A stretch of DNA of 64,000 nucleotides from Actinomycetota bacterium. GTDB taxonomy: Bacteria; Actinomycetota; Actinomycetes; Mycobacteriales; Mycobacteriaceae. Shown piece by piece: positions 39,985 through 49,305 of the stretch. Both the position numbers and the translations under genes were made by a program. Location of the stretch: positions 2,107 to 66,106 of the forward strand of contig JAQBTN010000003.1 of assembly GCA_027728805.1 (NCBI GenBank), in the 5' to 3' direction. The notes under the pieces were generated by a model. It made no database searches. It worked only from the letters and a program-made list of their open reading frames with translations, and was not told the DNA's origin. Numbering within the stretch: the stretch's first letter is position 1; every line of letters starts with the position of its first letter.

Positions 39985-42050
39985 TGGAGCGGCGCACCGC
40001 GAGCCTGCGCGGCGCCGCTGTCGCGCTGGGGTTCGCAGTGTCGTTGGCCACCGCGGGATCGGCGCTGGCAACGACCGGCGAGGAATCCCCGGGGCCCACC
40101 ACAGCGACTCCCCCGGCCGCGGCTGTGCGCGGCCCGCATGCCGCGAACGGCCCCCAGCGGGCCGCGCGCGTACAGCGGCAGTCCCCCGCCCCCGCGCTGC
40201 GGGCCGGCACCGAGAACCGTTCCGCGGCAGCGCGGGTCGCCGGGGACCGCTCCCGCGGTCCGGCCAGCCGGGCCGTCCGCGGAGGAGATGCCGCGGGTCT
40301 CACCGTCCCGGCGGCAGCGACTGCGCTGTCCGGTGCCACGGTCACCCCGGCGAGCAAAGCGCAGACCGTCGACCCCATCACCGCGCTGCTCAACAACACC
40401 TCACCCGAGGTGCGGCCGACCCAGGGCGGACAGACTCCCGGCGGGGTCGTTACCGGAACCCTCGGGGTGACCGACCCGGACAGCGTTCCCGTTGGCGTCG
40501 CCGTCGCCCGCGGCCCCGCGTATGGCACGGTCACCGTCGCCGCCGGCCGGTACACCTACACCGCAGATCCGGCTCATCCGCAGGCACACAGTGGCTTCAT
40601 CGACTCCTTCGCGGTGACCGTCAGCGACGCCGACAGCGGATTCCACATCCACGGACTGAGCGGTCTGCTCAACATGCTGACCTTCGGACTGCTGGGCGAA
40701 AGCGGCCATCGCAGCACCGCGAACATCACGGTGAACGTCGCCGCGTTCAACAACGCGCCGACCGGCACCGTGCGCACGGACCCGGCCATCCCGCTCACCG
40801 GGGTGGTCACCGGTCAGGTCCTGGGCCGCGACCCCAACGGCGACACGTTGTCCTACAGCGGATCGGCGATCACCCCCAGGGGTTCGGTGATCGTCGGCCC
40901 CACCGGCGACTTCACCTACACACCTACCGCCGAGGCGCTGACCGCCGCCGCCGCACCGACCGCCACAGCCGCGGACCGCCGGGACGAGTTCACCGTCACA
41001 CTGGCCGACGGATACGGCGCCGTGGTTGCCGTAGCCGTAGCGGTTTCGCTCGGTCAGGCCGCCGCGGCGCCGCAGCTGTCCACCTTCTGCGGCTGCACCC
41101 TGATGCCGGCCGACACCGTCTTCCACGCCGACGTCAGCGCCCTGCCGATTCTGGAGAAGTCCGCCACCTGGACGAGCCTGCTGGGCGGCACCCTGCACAC
41201 CAGCTGGGGCCGCACGCCCTGGCAGGGCAGCTCCGGCGGGATGCCGGTCAACGTGGTCGGCCCGGACCACCCCACCGAGACGGTGATCTTCAACCGCGGT
41301 TACACCACCAGCGGGCCGAGCATCGACGCCCGGCCCTACGCCATCCCGGACCGGCCGCTGGTCGAGGGCATGCCCGACGTCCCGGCCTGGGACCGCCACC
41401 TGTTGGTATTCCAGGAGGGCACCTGCATCTCCCAGGAGCTCTACAACGTGGCCAACGGAGTAGAGCTGCCGGCGGCCGGCATCCAGGATGCGCTGGGCAA
41501 CGCCGCCTACGCCGCACTCTGGGGTTCCTCCTGGATCGCCGAGGCTGGTGTACACGTCGACATGAACTCCGGGCTGTACCCGGAACAGGGCTGGGCCAAC
41601 GCATCCCGGCTGCCATACCTGCCGCTGATCCTGCGGCCGGACGACCTCGAGCGCGGCGCGATCGACCACATGCTGGGAATGTCGATCGCCAAAGACCGCG
41701 GCACCGGCTACACCTGGCCGGCCCGGTTCGGCGACGGCACCGGCACCAACCCCGACGGCGTCCCGATGGGCACGGTTCTGCGGCTGAACGCCGACTTCGA
41801 TCTCACCGGCTACCAGCCAGGTACCCAGGTGGTGCTGCGGGCCCTGCAGCAGCACGGCGCGGTGGTCTACGACTCGTTCGCCGCCGGCCGCGACGGTGCC
41901 GGATTGCTGGTGATGAGCAACGGCTGGAACGGCACTGCGCACTTCGCCGTCCAGGACGAACTGAACACCATCCCGCTCAGTGCCTTCGAGGCCGTCGACG
42001 TCCTGAGCCTGGCCGCCGATCCAACGCTCGGCTGGATGATCCGAACCTGA
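39984..42050 (+). CDS. Secreted protein with two Ig-like (Big/VCBS-type) repeats and an uncharacterised C-terminal domain
   Basis: Signal peptide; two repeats of GTVTV..GxYTYT / DxFxVT.xDG; C-terminal WDRHLLV...ELYN...PMG...L domain. Confidence 0.8.
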   Translation: MERRTASLRGAAVALGFAVSLATAGSALATTGEESPGPTTATPPAAAVRGPHAANGPQRAARVQRQSPAPALRAGTENRSAAARVAGDRSRGPASRAVRGGDAAGLTVPAAATALSGATVTPASKAQTVDPITALLNNTSPEVRPTQGGQTPGGVVTGTLGVTDPDSVPVGVAVARGPAYGTVTVAAGRYTYTADPAHPQAHSGFIDSFAVTVSDADSGFHIHGLSGLLNMLTFGLLGESGHRSTANITVNVAAFNNAPTGTVRTDPAIPLTGVVTGQVLGRDPNGDTLSYSGSAITPRGSVIVGPTGDFTYTPTAEALTAAAAPTATAADRRDEFTVTLADGYGAVVAVAVAVSLGQAAAAPQLSTFCGCTLMPADTVFHADVSALPILEKSATWTSLLGGTLHTSWGRTPWQGSSGGMPVNVVGPDHPTETVIFNRGYTTSGPSIDARPYAIPDRPLVEGMPDVPAWDRHLLVFQEGTCISQELYNVANGVELPAAGIQDALGNAAYAALWGSSWIAEAGVHVDMNSGLYPEQGWANASRLPYLPLILRPDDLERGAIDHMLGMSIAKDRGTGYTWPARFGDGTGTNPDGVPMGTVLRLNADFDLTGYQPGTQVVLRALQQHGAVVYDSFAAGRDGAGLLVMSNGWNGTAHFAVQDELNTIPLSAFEAVDVLSLAADPTLGWMIRT

Positions 42051-42051
42051 C

Positions 42052-43089
42052 TCAGATCCAGTTGCGCTTCTTGAACCCGATGTACAACGCCACCGCGGCG
42101 AGCACCGAAGCGACCGCGCTGGTCCACACGCCCCAGTCGTTGCCGTATCCGGGGTAGGGGACGTTCTGCCCGTACCAGCCGGTGACCAGGGTGGGCACGG
42201 CGATGATGGCCGCCCAGCCGGTCAGCTTCTTCATGATGGTGTTCAGTCGGGCGTCCTGAAGCGAGAGGTTGGTCTCGAACACCGTGGTGACCATGTCCCG
42301 CAACGACTCCGTCCATTCGGCGGCGCGGATGACATGGTCGTACAGATCCGAATACCAGCCTTCCAATTCGGCGGAATCGCCGCCGAGAGCGCTGCGCCGC
42401 ATGATGGTGTTCACCACCTCGCGCATCGGTAGCACGATGCGGCGCAGTTCGACGAGTTCCTTGCGCAGCCGGTAGGTGTCGCGTTGCAGTTGCCTGGTCT
42501 GCGACCGGTCGTCGAACAATCCGTCCTCCAACGACTCGATGGCGTCATCGAGTTGCTGGATGGTGTCGAACTGGCCGTCCACCACCACATCGAGAATCCC
42601 GTGCAGCAGCGCTGGGCTACCTTTGCGCAGCAGATCGGTGTTGTCGTCCCAACGCCGGACCACATCGTCGATATCGAAAACCGGACGCGCCGGGTCACTT
42701 TCGTGCCGCACGGTCACCACAGCCGCGGGCAGCACGAAGATCGACACCCGGGCGGTCAGCAGCCGTGACTCGATCGCGCCGGGAATCTGCACCCCCAGTG
42801 CGGTCGCATAGACGGTGAGAAAGGTGTGGGTGGCGTAGCGGGTGGCCTTCGTACGCTCGGTGTGCTCGACGACGTCCTCAACAGCGCGGGGATCGAGGCC
42901 GAGTTCGTCGGCCAACTCGCCGAGAAGTCCGTGATCGGGGTTGCACAGATCCACCCACACCAGCGCGCCGTCCTGGTGGATATGTTCGGAGAGTTCTTCG
43001 AGCGCAAAGTTCTCGCTCTTCAAAACACCGTCAACCCACTGCCGGGTACGGACGGCCGTGCCGTCCGATCGGGGACCGTTGGTCGTCAC
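42052..43089 (-). CDS. CorA-family divalent cation transporter
   Basis: WVDL, LYDHVIR, LNTIMKKLT, PTLVTGWYGQN. Confidence 0.9.
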   Translation of the reverse strand: MTTNGPRSDGTAVRTRQWVDGVLKSENFALEELSEHIHQDGALVWVDLCNPDHGLLGELADELGLDPRAVEDVVEHTERTKATRYATHTFLTVYATALGVQIPGAIESRLLTARVSIFVLPAAVVTVRHESDPARPVFDIDDVVRRWDDNTDLLRKGSPALLHGILDVVVDGQFDTIQQLDDAIESLEDGLFDDRSQTRQLQRDTYRLRKELVELRRIVLPMREVVNTIMRRSALGGDSAELEGWYSDLYDHVIRAAEWTESLRDMVTTVFETNLSLQDARLNTIMKKLTGWAAIIAVPTLVTGWYGQNVPYPGYGNDWGVWTSAVASVLAAVALYIGFKKRNWI

Positions 43090-43109
43090 TTCGGCGCGAC
43101 CGAGGTGCC

Positions 43110-43556
43110 CTAGTTCGTGGTGTGGACGATCAGCACGTCGGTCTTGGACTTGCGCGCCACGTTCGCGGGCACCGACCCGAGGAGGCGGCCGGCGATCGTG
43201 TTGAGCCCGACATTGCCAACCACCAGCAGATCGGCGCCGACCTCGTTGGCCAGGTCGACCAGCGCCTCGACGGGCGCTCCCTCGATGGCGCGCTCCTCGA
43301 CGTTGGCGGCCCCGGCGGCCTTTGCACGCTCCCCTGCATCGCGCAGGATCTCGTAGATCGGCGCGTTGCCGGTCACCTTGTATCCCTCGTCTTTGAGCAT
43401 GTCCGCGGCGCGGGTGTCCTCCGCGCCGGGCAGGAAGGCGGTCGCCACGATGACCTTCGCATCGGGTCCGGATGCCAGTTCGCCGGCCCGGACCACCGCG
43501 CGAAGCGAGGATTCCGAGCCGTCCGTACCGACGACCACGGTCTTGTAACCGCTCAT
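43110..43556 (-). CDS. Universal stress protein (TB15.3/Rv1636-like)
   Basis: VVGTDGSESS, VVGNVG...LLGSV. Confidence 0.95.
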   Translation of the reverse strand: MSGYKTVVVGTDGSESSLRAVVRAGELASGPDAKVIVATAFLPGAEDTRAADMLKDEGYKVTGNAPIYEILRDAGERAKAAGAANVEERAIEGAPVEALVDLANEVGADLLVVGNVGLNTIAGRLLGSVPANVARKSKTDVLIVHTTN

Positions 43557-43760
43557 TCGTACCCTCCAGTCAGAGTTCCAACGCCAGTTTCAACGCCAAC
43601 GGGAACAGTAACGCCTCAACACCGCGACAGGGTGCGAATTAGGACACGCGCCGTCCGCAGCGTTGCGCAAGACCGGCCCCGATGAGGGCAAACACCGGGG
43701 CGTGACGTTCACTACAACCGCCCCCCGCCATCCCGCGATACTGCCGCTACGGTTCTTCAC

Positions 43761-45302
43761 GTGAGCATCTCGGTGGTACGGCAGCGGCCGATGGCCGTCA
43801 CCGCCGCGCGGTCCCGCCCGGGGGTCCGGCGGTGGGACGTCGTCGCGGTGGCGGTGCTCACGGCCACCCTCAGCGCCGCGGGCGCGGCCCGGCCCTCGCT
43901 GTGGTTCGACGAGGCCGCGACGCTGTCGGCGGCTACCCGATCGGTACCGCAGCTGTGGCGGATGGTGGGCAATATCGATGCGGTCCACGGTCTGTACTAC
44001 CTGCTCATGCACGGCTGGTACGCGGTGTTCCCGACCACCGAGTTCGCATCTCGACTGTCCAGCGCACTGGCTGCCGGACTGGCCGGCGCGGGCGTCGTGG
44101 TTCTCGGCAACCAGTTGTCCACCCGTACGGTTGCCGTCACCGCAGGCGTCGTGTTCGCGATCCTGCCCCGGGTGACCTGGGCCGGTATGGAGACCCGTTC
44201 GTATGCACTGTCGATGGCCGTGGCGGTGTGGTTGACGGTGTTCTGTGTCCGGGCGGCCCGGCGCGGCCGGCCGTGGTGGTGGTCGGTCTACGCGGCGCTG
44301 TTGATGGGCGCGACGCTGCTCAACGTGTTCTTGGTGTTGATCGTGCCGGCGCACGCCGTGGTGGTGGCGATGTGCGCGCGTCGGCCGCGAACCATCCGCT
44401 ACTGGGCGGTGGCCGTCGCAGCGGCCGCCGCCGCGACGGTGCCCTTCCTGCTATTCGCCCAGTCACAGTTGTTCCAGGTGCAGTGGATATCGCCCTTGGG
44501 TTCCGACACCGTCGGCGAGATCCTGCAGGAGCAGTACTTCGACCTCTCGCTGCCGGCGGCGGTGGTGGGTGGACTCATCCTGGCCGCCGCTGTGGCTGCC
44601 GGGTTGCGGTTGGGTGCCGACCGTCCGGGTCCGGTCTTCGCCGTCACCCTCACCTGGATCGCCGCCCCGACTGCCGCATTGCTGGTGTATTCGGTGCTGC
44701 GCCATCCGATCTACTACCCGCGGTATCTGTCGTTCACGGTTCCGGCCTTCGCTCTCTTGCTGGGCCTCGCCGTCGTGACGGCCGGACGCTCGCGAGCCGG
44801 GATCGCCGTGATCCTGACCTGTTTGGCGACCGCGGCCGCCCCGAACTATCTGGCCCAGCGTGGTCCGTACGCGAAGGCCGGTATGGACTACAGCGCGGTG
44901 GCCGACGTCATCGGCCGGCACGCATCACCGGGTGATTGCCTGGTGCTGGACAACTCGACAACCTGGAAGCCCGGTCCCATCCGGCCGCTGACCGCGGCTC
45001 GCCCCGAGGTGTACCAGACCCTGCGGGACTACGGCCGCGGCCGCACCGCCTTGCAGCGGGAACGGCTCTGGGACAGCCATATCGCAGTATGGGCATGGGC
45101 GGACAAGATGCCCGACTGCGCGGCGCTGTGGACGGTTACCGAACGCGATCCGAGCCTGCCGGATCACCAGCGGGGATCGCAGTTGTCCCCCGGTCCCCGG
45201 CTCGGACGGTCGATGGCCTACCAGGTGCCCAGCCGGTTCGGGTTCGGTGTGGTGGAACGCTGGCAGTTCAGCTTCGCCCAGGTCACCAAGTCGATCCGTT
45301 GA
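43761..45302 (+). CDS. GT-C mannosyltransferase (Rv1635c-like, LAM capping)
   Basis: PSLWFDEAAT, DAVHGLYY, ETRSYA, YYPRY; multi-TM; synteny. Confidence 0.88.
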   Translation: MSISVVRQRPMAVTAARSRPGVRRWDVVAVAVLTATLSAAGAARPSLWFDEAATLSAATRSVPQLWRMVGNIDAVHGLYYLLMHGWYAVFPTTEFASRLSSALAAGLAGAGVVVLGNQLSTRTVAVTAGVVFAILPRVTWAGMETRSYALSMAVAVWLTVFCVRAARRGRPWWWSVYAALLMGATLLNVFLVLIVPAHAVVVAMCARRPRTIRYWAVAVAAAAAATVPFLLFAQSQLFQVQWISPLGSDTVGEILQEQYFDLSLPAAVVGGLILAAAVAAGLRLGADRPGPVFAVTLTWIAAPTAALLVYSVLRHPIYYPRYLSFTVPAFALLLGLAVVTAGRSRAGIAVILTCLATAAAPNYLAQRGPYAKAGMDYSAVADVIGRHASPGDCLVLDNSTTWKPGPIRPLTAARPEVYQTLRDYGRGRTALQRERLWDSHIAVWAWADKMPDCAALWTVTERDPSLPDHQRGSQLSPGPRLGRSMAYQVPSRFGFGVVERWQFSFAQVTKSIR

Positions 45303-45326
45303 CCGGCCTGGGTCGCCGGTTCCAGT

Positions 45327-46178
45327 TCAGTAGGCGAATCCCATCCTGGGCTCGGACGGAACTTCGAGGCTGTTCTCCCGCACGATGATCGGGTCGCCGA
45401 CGTTGACAGTGTTGAAGTACCACTCCGCGTCCTCGTTACTCAAGCTGACGCAGCCGTGACTGACATTCTCACTTCCCAGTGAGTTCACCGCCCAGGGCGC
45501 AGAGTGCACGAAGAGTCCGCGGCTGGTGAACCGGATGGCGTAATCCACCTCGAGGTGGTAGCCGTCCGGGCTGTTGACCGGAATGCCGACGGTGCTGGAA
45601 TCCATCACGATTCCGCGCTCCTTGGCGATCACCCGGTAGATACCTATCGGCGTTGGATACTTGGCCCGGCCCATCGATGCCGGGAACACTCCGGGCTGTC
45701 CCCAGCGCGGCCGGTGGTGCGGCGCCGGCAGCGGAGACGAGGGTCCCGACTCGACGCCGTCGATGGTCACGGTGAACGTGTGATCGGCGACGCTGGCAAC
45801 GCCGAGGACCTTCGGACCGGTTGGGAAGGTCCTTGGCCGACCGCCGACCGACAGCGCGACCGTGCTGTGAGCCGGCCAGAACCCGTCGGGTACCCACTGC
45901 ACCACGTCGCTGCCGAGCCATTCGAACCTGCCCGTCATCGCAGGCGCCGAGGTGATGTCGAGGGCACGCTCAGCTGCGGCCCGGTTCGTGATGGGTCCGG
46001 CGAACGTGACGATCACGGGGTGCGCGACCCCGACCGCTGGGCCGGATTCGGGCTGCACCGACACGATGTCGACGTGGTTGACCCGACTCACGGCCGCAAC
46101 GCTGTTGGCGACCGGCCCCGCGAACACGCTCACCGCGACCGCAATCACTGCCATGACGCTCCGAACAACCGCCCGCAT
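45327..46178 (-). CDS. L,D-transpeptidase (one Ig-like + YkuD domain)
   Basis: Signal peptide, PTPIGIY, FVHSAPW, SHGCV catalytic motif. Confidence 0.92.
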   Translation of the reverse strand: MRAVVRSVMAVIAVAVSVFAGPVANSVAAVSRVNHVDIVSVQPESGPAVGVAHPVIVTFAGPITNRAAAERALDITSAPAMTGRFEWLGSDVVQWVPDGFWPAHSTVALSVGGRPRTFPTGPKVLGVASVADHTFTVTIDGVESGPSSPLPAPHHRPRWGQPGVFPASMGRAKYPTPIGIYRVIAKERGIVMDSSTVGIPVNSPDGYHLEVDYAIRFTSRGLFVHSAPWAVNSLGSENVSHGCVSLSNEDAEWYFNTVNVGDPIIVRENSLEVPSEPRMGFAY

Positions 46179-46220
46179 CGCTCCTACTCCCTGAAAGGTC
46201 GAATGTCGTTCGCCCCGGCC

Positions 46221-46862
46221 TCAGCCGACGGCCGGGCCCGGGATGATCGGCTGACCTGCTATCGGGACGCCGGCCGCAGGGCCGCCCGTTGCCACACCCT
46301 TGCCCCCGGCCATGTCGAGGATCGGAGCACCCGGCAGCGGGGCAATCACCGGAGCACCCGCAGCACCTACCACCGGAGCGCCCGCAGCACCTACCACCGG
46401 AGCGCCTATCGGGACCACCGGCGCGACACCCGCCGGAATCGGGGGCACGACCGCCGGAATCGGGGGCACGACCGCGGGAATCGGGGGCACGACCGCGGGA
46501 ATCGGGGGCACGACCGCCGGAATCGGGGGCACGACCGCCGGAATCGGGGGCACGACCGCCGGAATCGGGGGCACGACCACGGGAACCGGGGGCACCGCCG
46601 CGGGGAGCGCGCCCAGCGCTGCGGCAGCCGCTGGGATCGGTCCGGGCAACGCCATCGGGATGCCGGCCATATCTGCCACAGGGGCTGCCGCGCAGGCCGC
46701 GCCGGCAGGGTCTACGGCGGAACCCGCCGCATCGGACACGCACTCGTAGCCGCCAGTCTTGAACGGCGCCGCGGTCGTAGCTGGGCTGAACGCCAACGCG
46801 GCCCCGAACAACGCTGCGCCGGCCGCGACTTCGATGGTGAACCGAGCGAAGGTCCTTGACAT
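46221..46862 (-). CDS. Secreted Pro/Ala/Val-rich repeat protein
   Basis: Signal peptide, two Cys, (VVPPIPA)x7, (VVGAAGAP)x2. Confidence 0.8.
   Translation of the reverse strand: MSRTFARFTIEVAAGAALFGAALAFSPATTAAPFKTGGYECVSDAAGSAVDPAGAACAAAPVADMAGIPMALPGPIPAAAAALGALPAAVPPVPVVVPPIPAVVPPIPAVVPPIPAVVPPIPAVVPPIPAVVPPIPAVVPPIPAGVAPVVPIGAPVVGAAGAPVVGAAGAPVIAPLPGAPILDMAGGKGVATGGPAAGVPIAGQPIIPGPAVG
46435..46581. repeat. 21-bp coding tandem repeat, 7 copies plus a degenerate eighth
   Basis: GGAATCGGGGGCACGACCGC(C/G) units at 46435, 46456, 46477, 46498, 46519, 46540, 46561. Confidence 0.97.
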
Positions 46863-47021
46863 GTTTTTCCCATTCCGTGTTGAGGTCTGAGGGGAAACTA
46901 CAGACCTGTAAGACACGGCGCGGGGAGGCGAATCGGGCGGTTATCGAACCGTGGCCGAGCGGAGGCATCACAGTTACTACCGGGTTGGCGAAGCCGTATT
47001 TCGAGCGTGGGGACGTGCGGA

Positions 47022-49184
47022 TCAGCTCAGGCCTGCGGCATCCATGCCGCGCAGTTCTTTCTTCAGATCGGCGATCTCGTCGCGCAACCGGGCGGCGAGT
47101 TCGAACTGCAGATCGCGGGCGGCCGCCATCATCTGGGCGGTGAGTTCCTTGATGAGGTCGGCAAGTTCCGCGCGGGGCATTGCCGCGACATCGCGGCCGT
47201 CGATGATGCCGGAACTCCCTGCCCGGCCCGGCTCGCCCTGGGCCCGCCTGCCCCGGGAGGCGTTACGGCCGGATCCTCCGACGTCGACGTTAACGTCGGT
47301 GTCGTCGGCTTCGCTGTAGACCTGGTCGAGGATGTCGGCGATCTTCTTGCGCAGTGGCTGCGGGTCTACCCCATGCGCCTCGTTATAGGCGATCTGTTTT
47401 GCCCGCCGACGATCGGTCTCGTCGATGGCCTGTTTCATCGAATCGGTGAGTTTGTCGGCATACATGTGGACTTCACCGGAGACGTTGCGCGCGGCCCGGC
47501 CGATGGTCTGGATCAGGCTGCGCGCCGAGCGCAGGAAGCCCTCCTTGTCGGCGTCGAGGATGGACACCAGCGACACCTCGGGAAGGTCAAGACCCTCGCG
47601 CAGCAGGTTGATACCGATCAGCACGTCGTAGTCGCCCAACCGCAACTGGCGAAGCAACTCCACCCGGCGCAGGGTGTCGACCTCGGAGTGCAGGTAGCGA
47701 ACCCGGATGCCCATCTCGAGCAGGTAGTCGGTGAGGTCCTCGGCCATCTTCTTGGTCAACGTGGTGACCAGCACCCGTTCATCACGCTCGGCCCGGACGC
47801 GGATCTCGCCGATGAGGTCGTCGATCTGCCCCTTGGTGGGCTTGACCACGACCTTCGGGTCCAACAAGCCGGTGGGCCGGATCACCTGTTCGACAAACTC
47901 GCCGCCGGTCTGGGCCAGCTCGTAGGGCCCGGGAGTGGCCGACAGGTACACCGTCTGGCCCACCCGCTGGCTGAACTCCTCCCAGGTCAGCGGCCGGTTG
48001 TCGACCGCCGAAGGAAGCCGGAACCCGAACTCGACCAGGTTGCGCTTGCGGGACATATCGCCCTCGTACATGCCGCCGATCTGCGGGACCGTGACATGGG
48101 ACTCATCGACGACCAGCAGGAAATCGTCCGGGAAGTAATCCAGCAGGGTGGCCGGCGCCGAACCGGCCGCCCGGCCGTCGATATGGCGCGAGTAGTTCTC
48201 GATGCCCGAGCAGAAGCCAACCTGTCGCATCATCTCGATGTCGTAGTTGGTCCGCATCCGCAACCGCTGAGCCTCCAGCAGCTTGCCCTGGCCCTCCAAG
48301 TCTGACAGCCGCTGGGCGAGTTCGGACTCGATGGTCGAGATCGCCTGCGCCATCCGCTCCGGGCCTGCGACGTAGTGGGTGGCCGGGAAGATCCGCAGCG
48401 AGTCCACCTTTCGGACGACGTCACCGGTCAGCGGGTGCAGGTAGTAGAGCGCCTCGATCTCGTCGCCGAAGTACTCGATGCGGACCGCAAGTTCCTCATA
48501 GGACGGGATGATCTCCACGGTGTCGCCGCGAACCCGGAACGTGCCCCGGGTGAAGGACATGTCGTTGCGGTCGTACTGGACATCAACGAGAAGTCTCAGC
48601 AGACCATCTCTGGGCACCTCGGTACCGACTTCCAACTCCACCGACCGGTCCAGGTAGGACTGCGGCGTGCCGAGACCGTAGATGCACGAGACCGAGGCGA
48701 CCACCACCACATCGCGCCGTGACAGCAGATTCGACGTCGCCGAGTGCCGCAACCGTTCGACATCGTCGTTGATCGAACTGTCCTTCTCGATGTAGGTGTC
48801 GGTCTGGGCGATATAGGCCTCGGGCTGGTAGTAGTCGTAGTAGGACACGAAATACTCGACGGCGTTGTGCGGCAACATTTCCCGCAGTTCGTTGGCCAAC
48901 TGGGCGGCCAGCGTCTTGTTGGGAGCCATCACCAGCGTGGGCCGCTGCAGCCGCTCGATCAGCCACGCGGTGGTGGCTGACTTGCCGGTGCCGGTGGCGC
49001 CGAGGAGCACCACCTCGCGCTCCCCGGCCCGGATCCGGCGTTCGAGTTCGTCGATCGCGGCGGGCTGGTCACCGGCCGGCTGGTAGGGACTGACCACTTC
49101 GAACTGGGCGCCGGTGCGCACCACGTCCTCGACCGCCCGGTACTCGGACTGGGCGATCACGGGACGTTCGGCGGCGAAAGCCAT
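47022..49184 (-). CDS. uvrB: Excinuclease ABC subunit B
   Basis: [33 protein letters not shown]-terminal UVR domain. Confidence 0.99.
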   Translation of the reverse strand: MAFAAERPVIAQSEYRAVEDVVRTGAQFEVVSPYQPAGDQPAAIDELERRIRAGEREVVLLGATGTGKSATTAWLIERLQRPTLVMAPNKTLAAQLANELREMLPHNAVEYFVSYYDYYQPEAYIAQTDTYIEKDSSINDDVERLRHSATSNLLSRRDVVVVASVSCIYGLGTPQSYLDRSVELEVGTEVPRDGLLRLLVDVQYDRNDMSFTRGTFRVRGDTVEIIPSYEELAVRIEYFGDEIEALYYLHPLTGDVVRKVDSLRIFPATHYVAGPERMAQAISTIESELAQRLSDLEGQGKLLEAQRLRMRTNYDIEMMRQVGFCSGIENYSRHIDGRAAGSAPATLLDYFPDDFLLVVDESHVTVPQIGGMYEGDMSRKRNLVEFGFRLPSAVDNRPLTWEEFSQRVGQTVYLSATPGPYELAQTGGEFVEQVIRPTGLLDPKVVVKPTKGQIDDLIGEIRVRAERDERVLVTTLTKKMAEDLTDYLLEMGIRVRYLHSEVDTLRRVELLRQLRLGDYDVLIGINLLREGLDLPEVSLVSILDADKEGFLRSARSLIQTIGRAARNVSGEVHMYADKLTDSMKQAIDETDRRRAKQIAYNEAHGVDPQPLRKKIADILDQVYSEADDTDVNVDVGGSGRNASRGRRAQGEPGRAGSSGIIDGRDVAAMPRAELADLIKELTAQMMAAARDLQFELAARLRDEIADLKKELRGMDAAGLS

Positions 49185-49190
49185 GGGTCC

Positions 49191-49213
49191 AGATTAAAGG
49201 TGGCGCCGGACAA
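49191..49213 (-). promoter_or_regulatory. RecA-NDp (PafBC-type) promoter of uvrB, leaderless
   Basis: TTGTCCGGC-N8-TAATCT, 6 nt before ATG. Confidence 0.72.
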
Positions 49214-49224
49214 CAACGCAGTGG

Positions 49225-49257
49225 CTGAACACAAGGTGAACAAAACCTGAACGGGAT
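49225..49257. promoter_or_regulatory. Three 11-bp direct-repeat units with TGAAC core (PHO-box-like)
   Basis: CTGAACACAAG / GTGAACAAAAC / CTGAACGGGAT. Confidence 0.5.
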
Positions 49258-49305
49258 ATGGCCGAACCAGGCACATTGCCGACTGGGGATTCATAGGCTC
49301 CCGGC

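Noticed and set aside
42130-42200. CorA GMN signature reading GQN
   Set aside because: As I recall, GQN variants are common in actinobacterial CorA-family proteins, so this is not distinctive.
43579-43616. CAACGCCA-like repeats upstream of the USP gene
   Set aside because: Irregular spacing (12 and 18 bp) and short; no regulator can be assigned.
46435-46581. 21-bp repeats as CRISPR
   Set aside because: Contiguous, no spacers, and in frame within a coding sequence.
47007-48305. Long antisense ORFs (also 1946-3916, 3588-5780, 15025-17046, 53543-54913, 59152-60573)
   Set aside because: Shadow ORFs opposite well-supported genes, as expected in high-GC DNA; no recognisable motifs.
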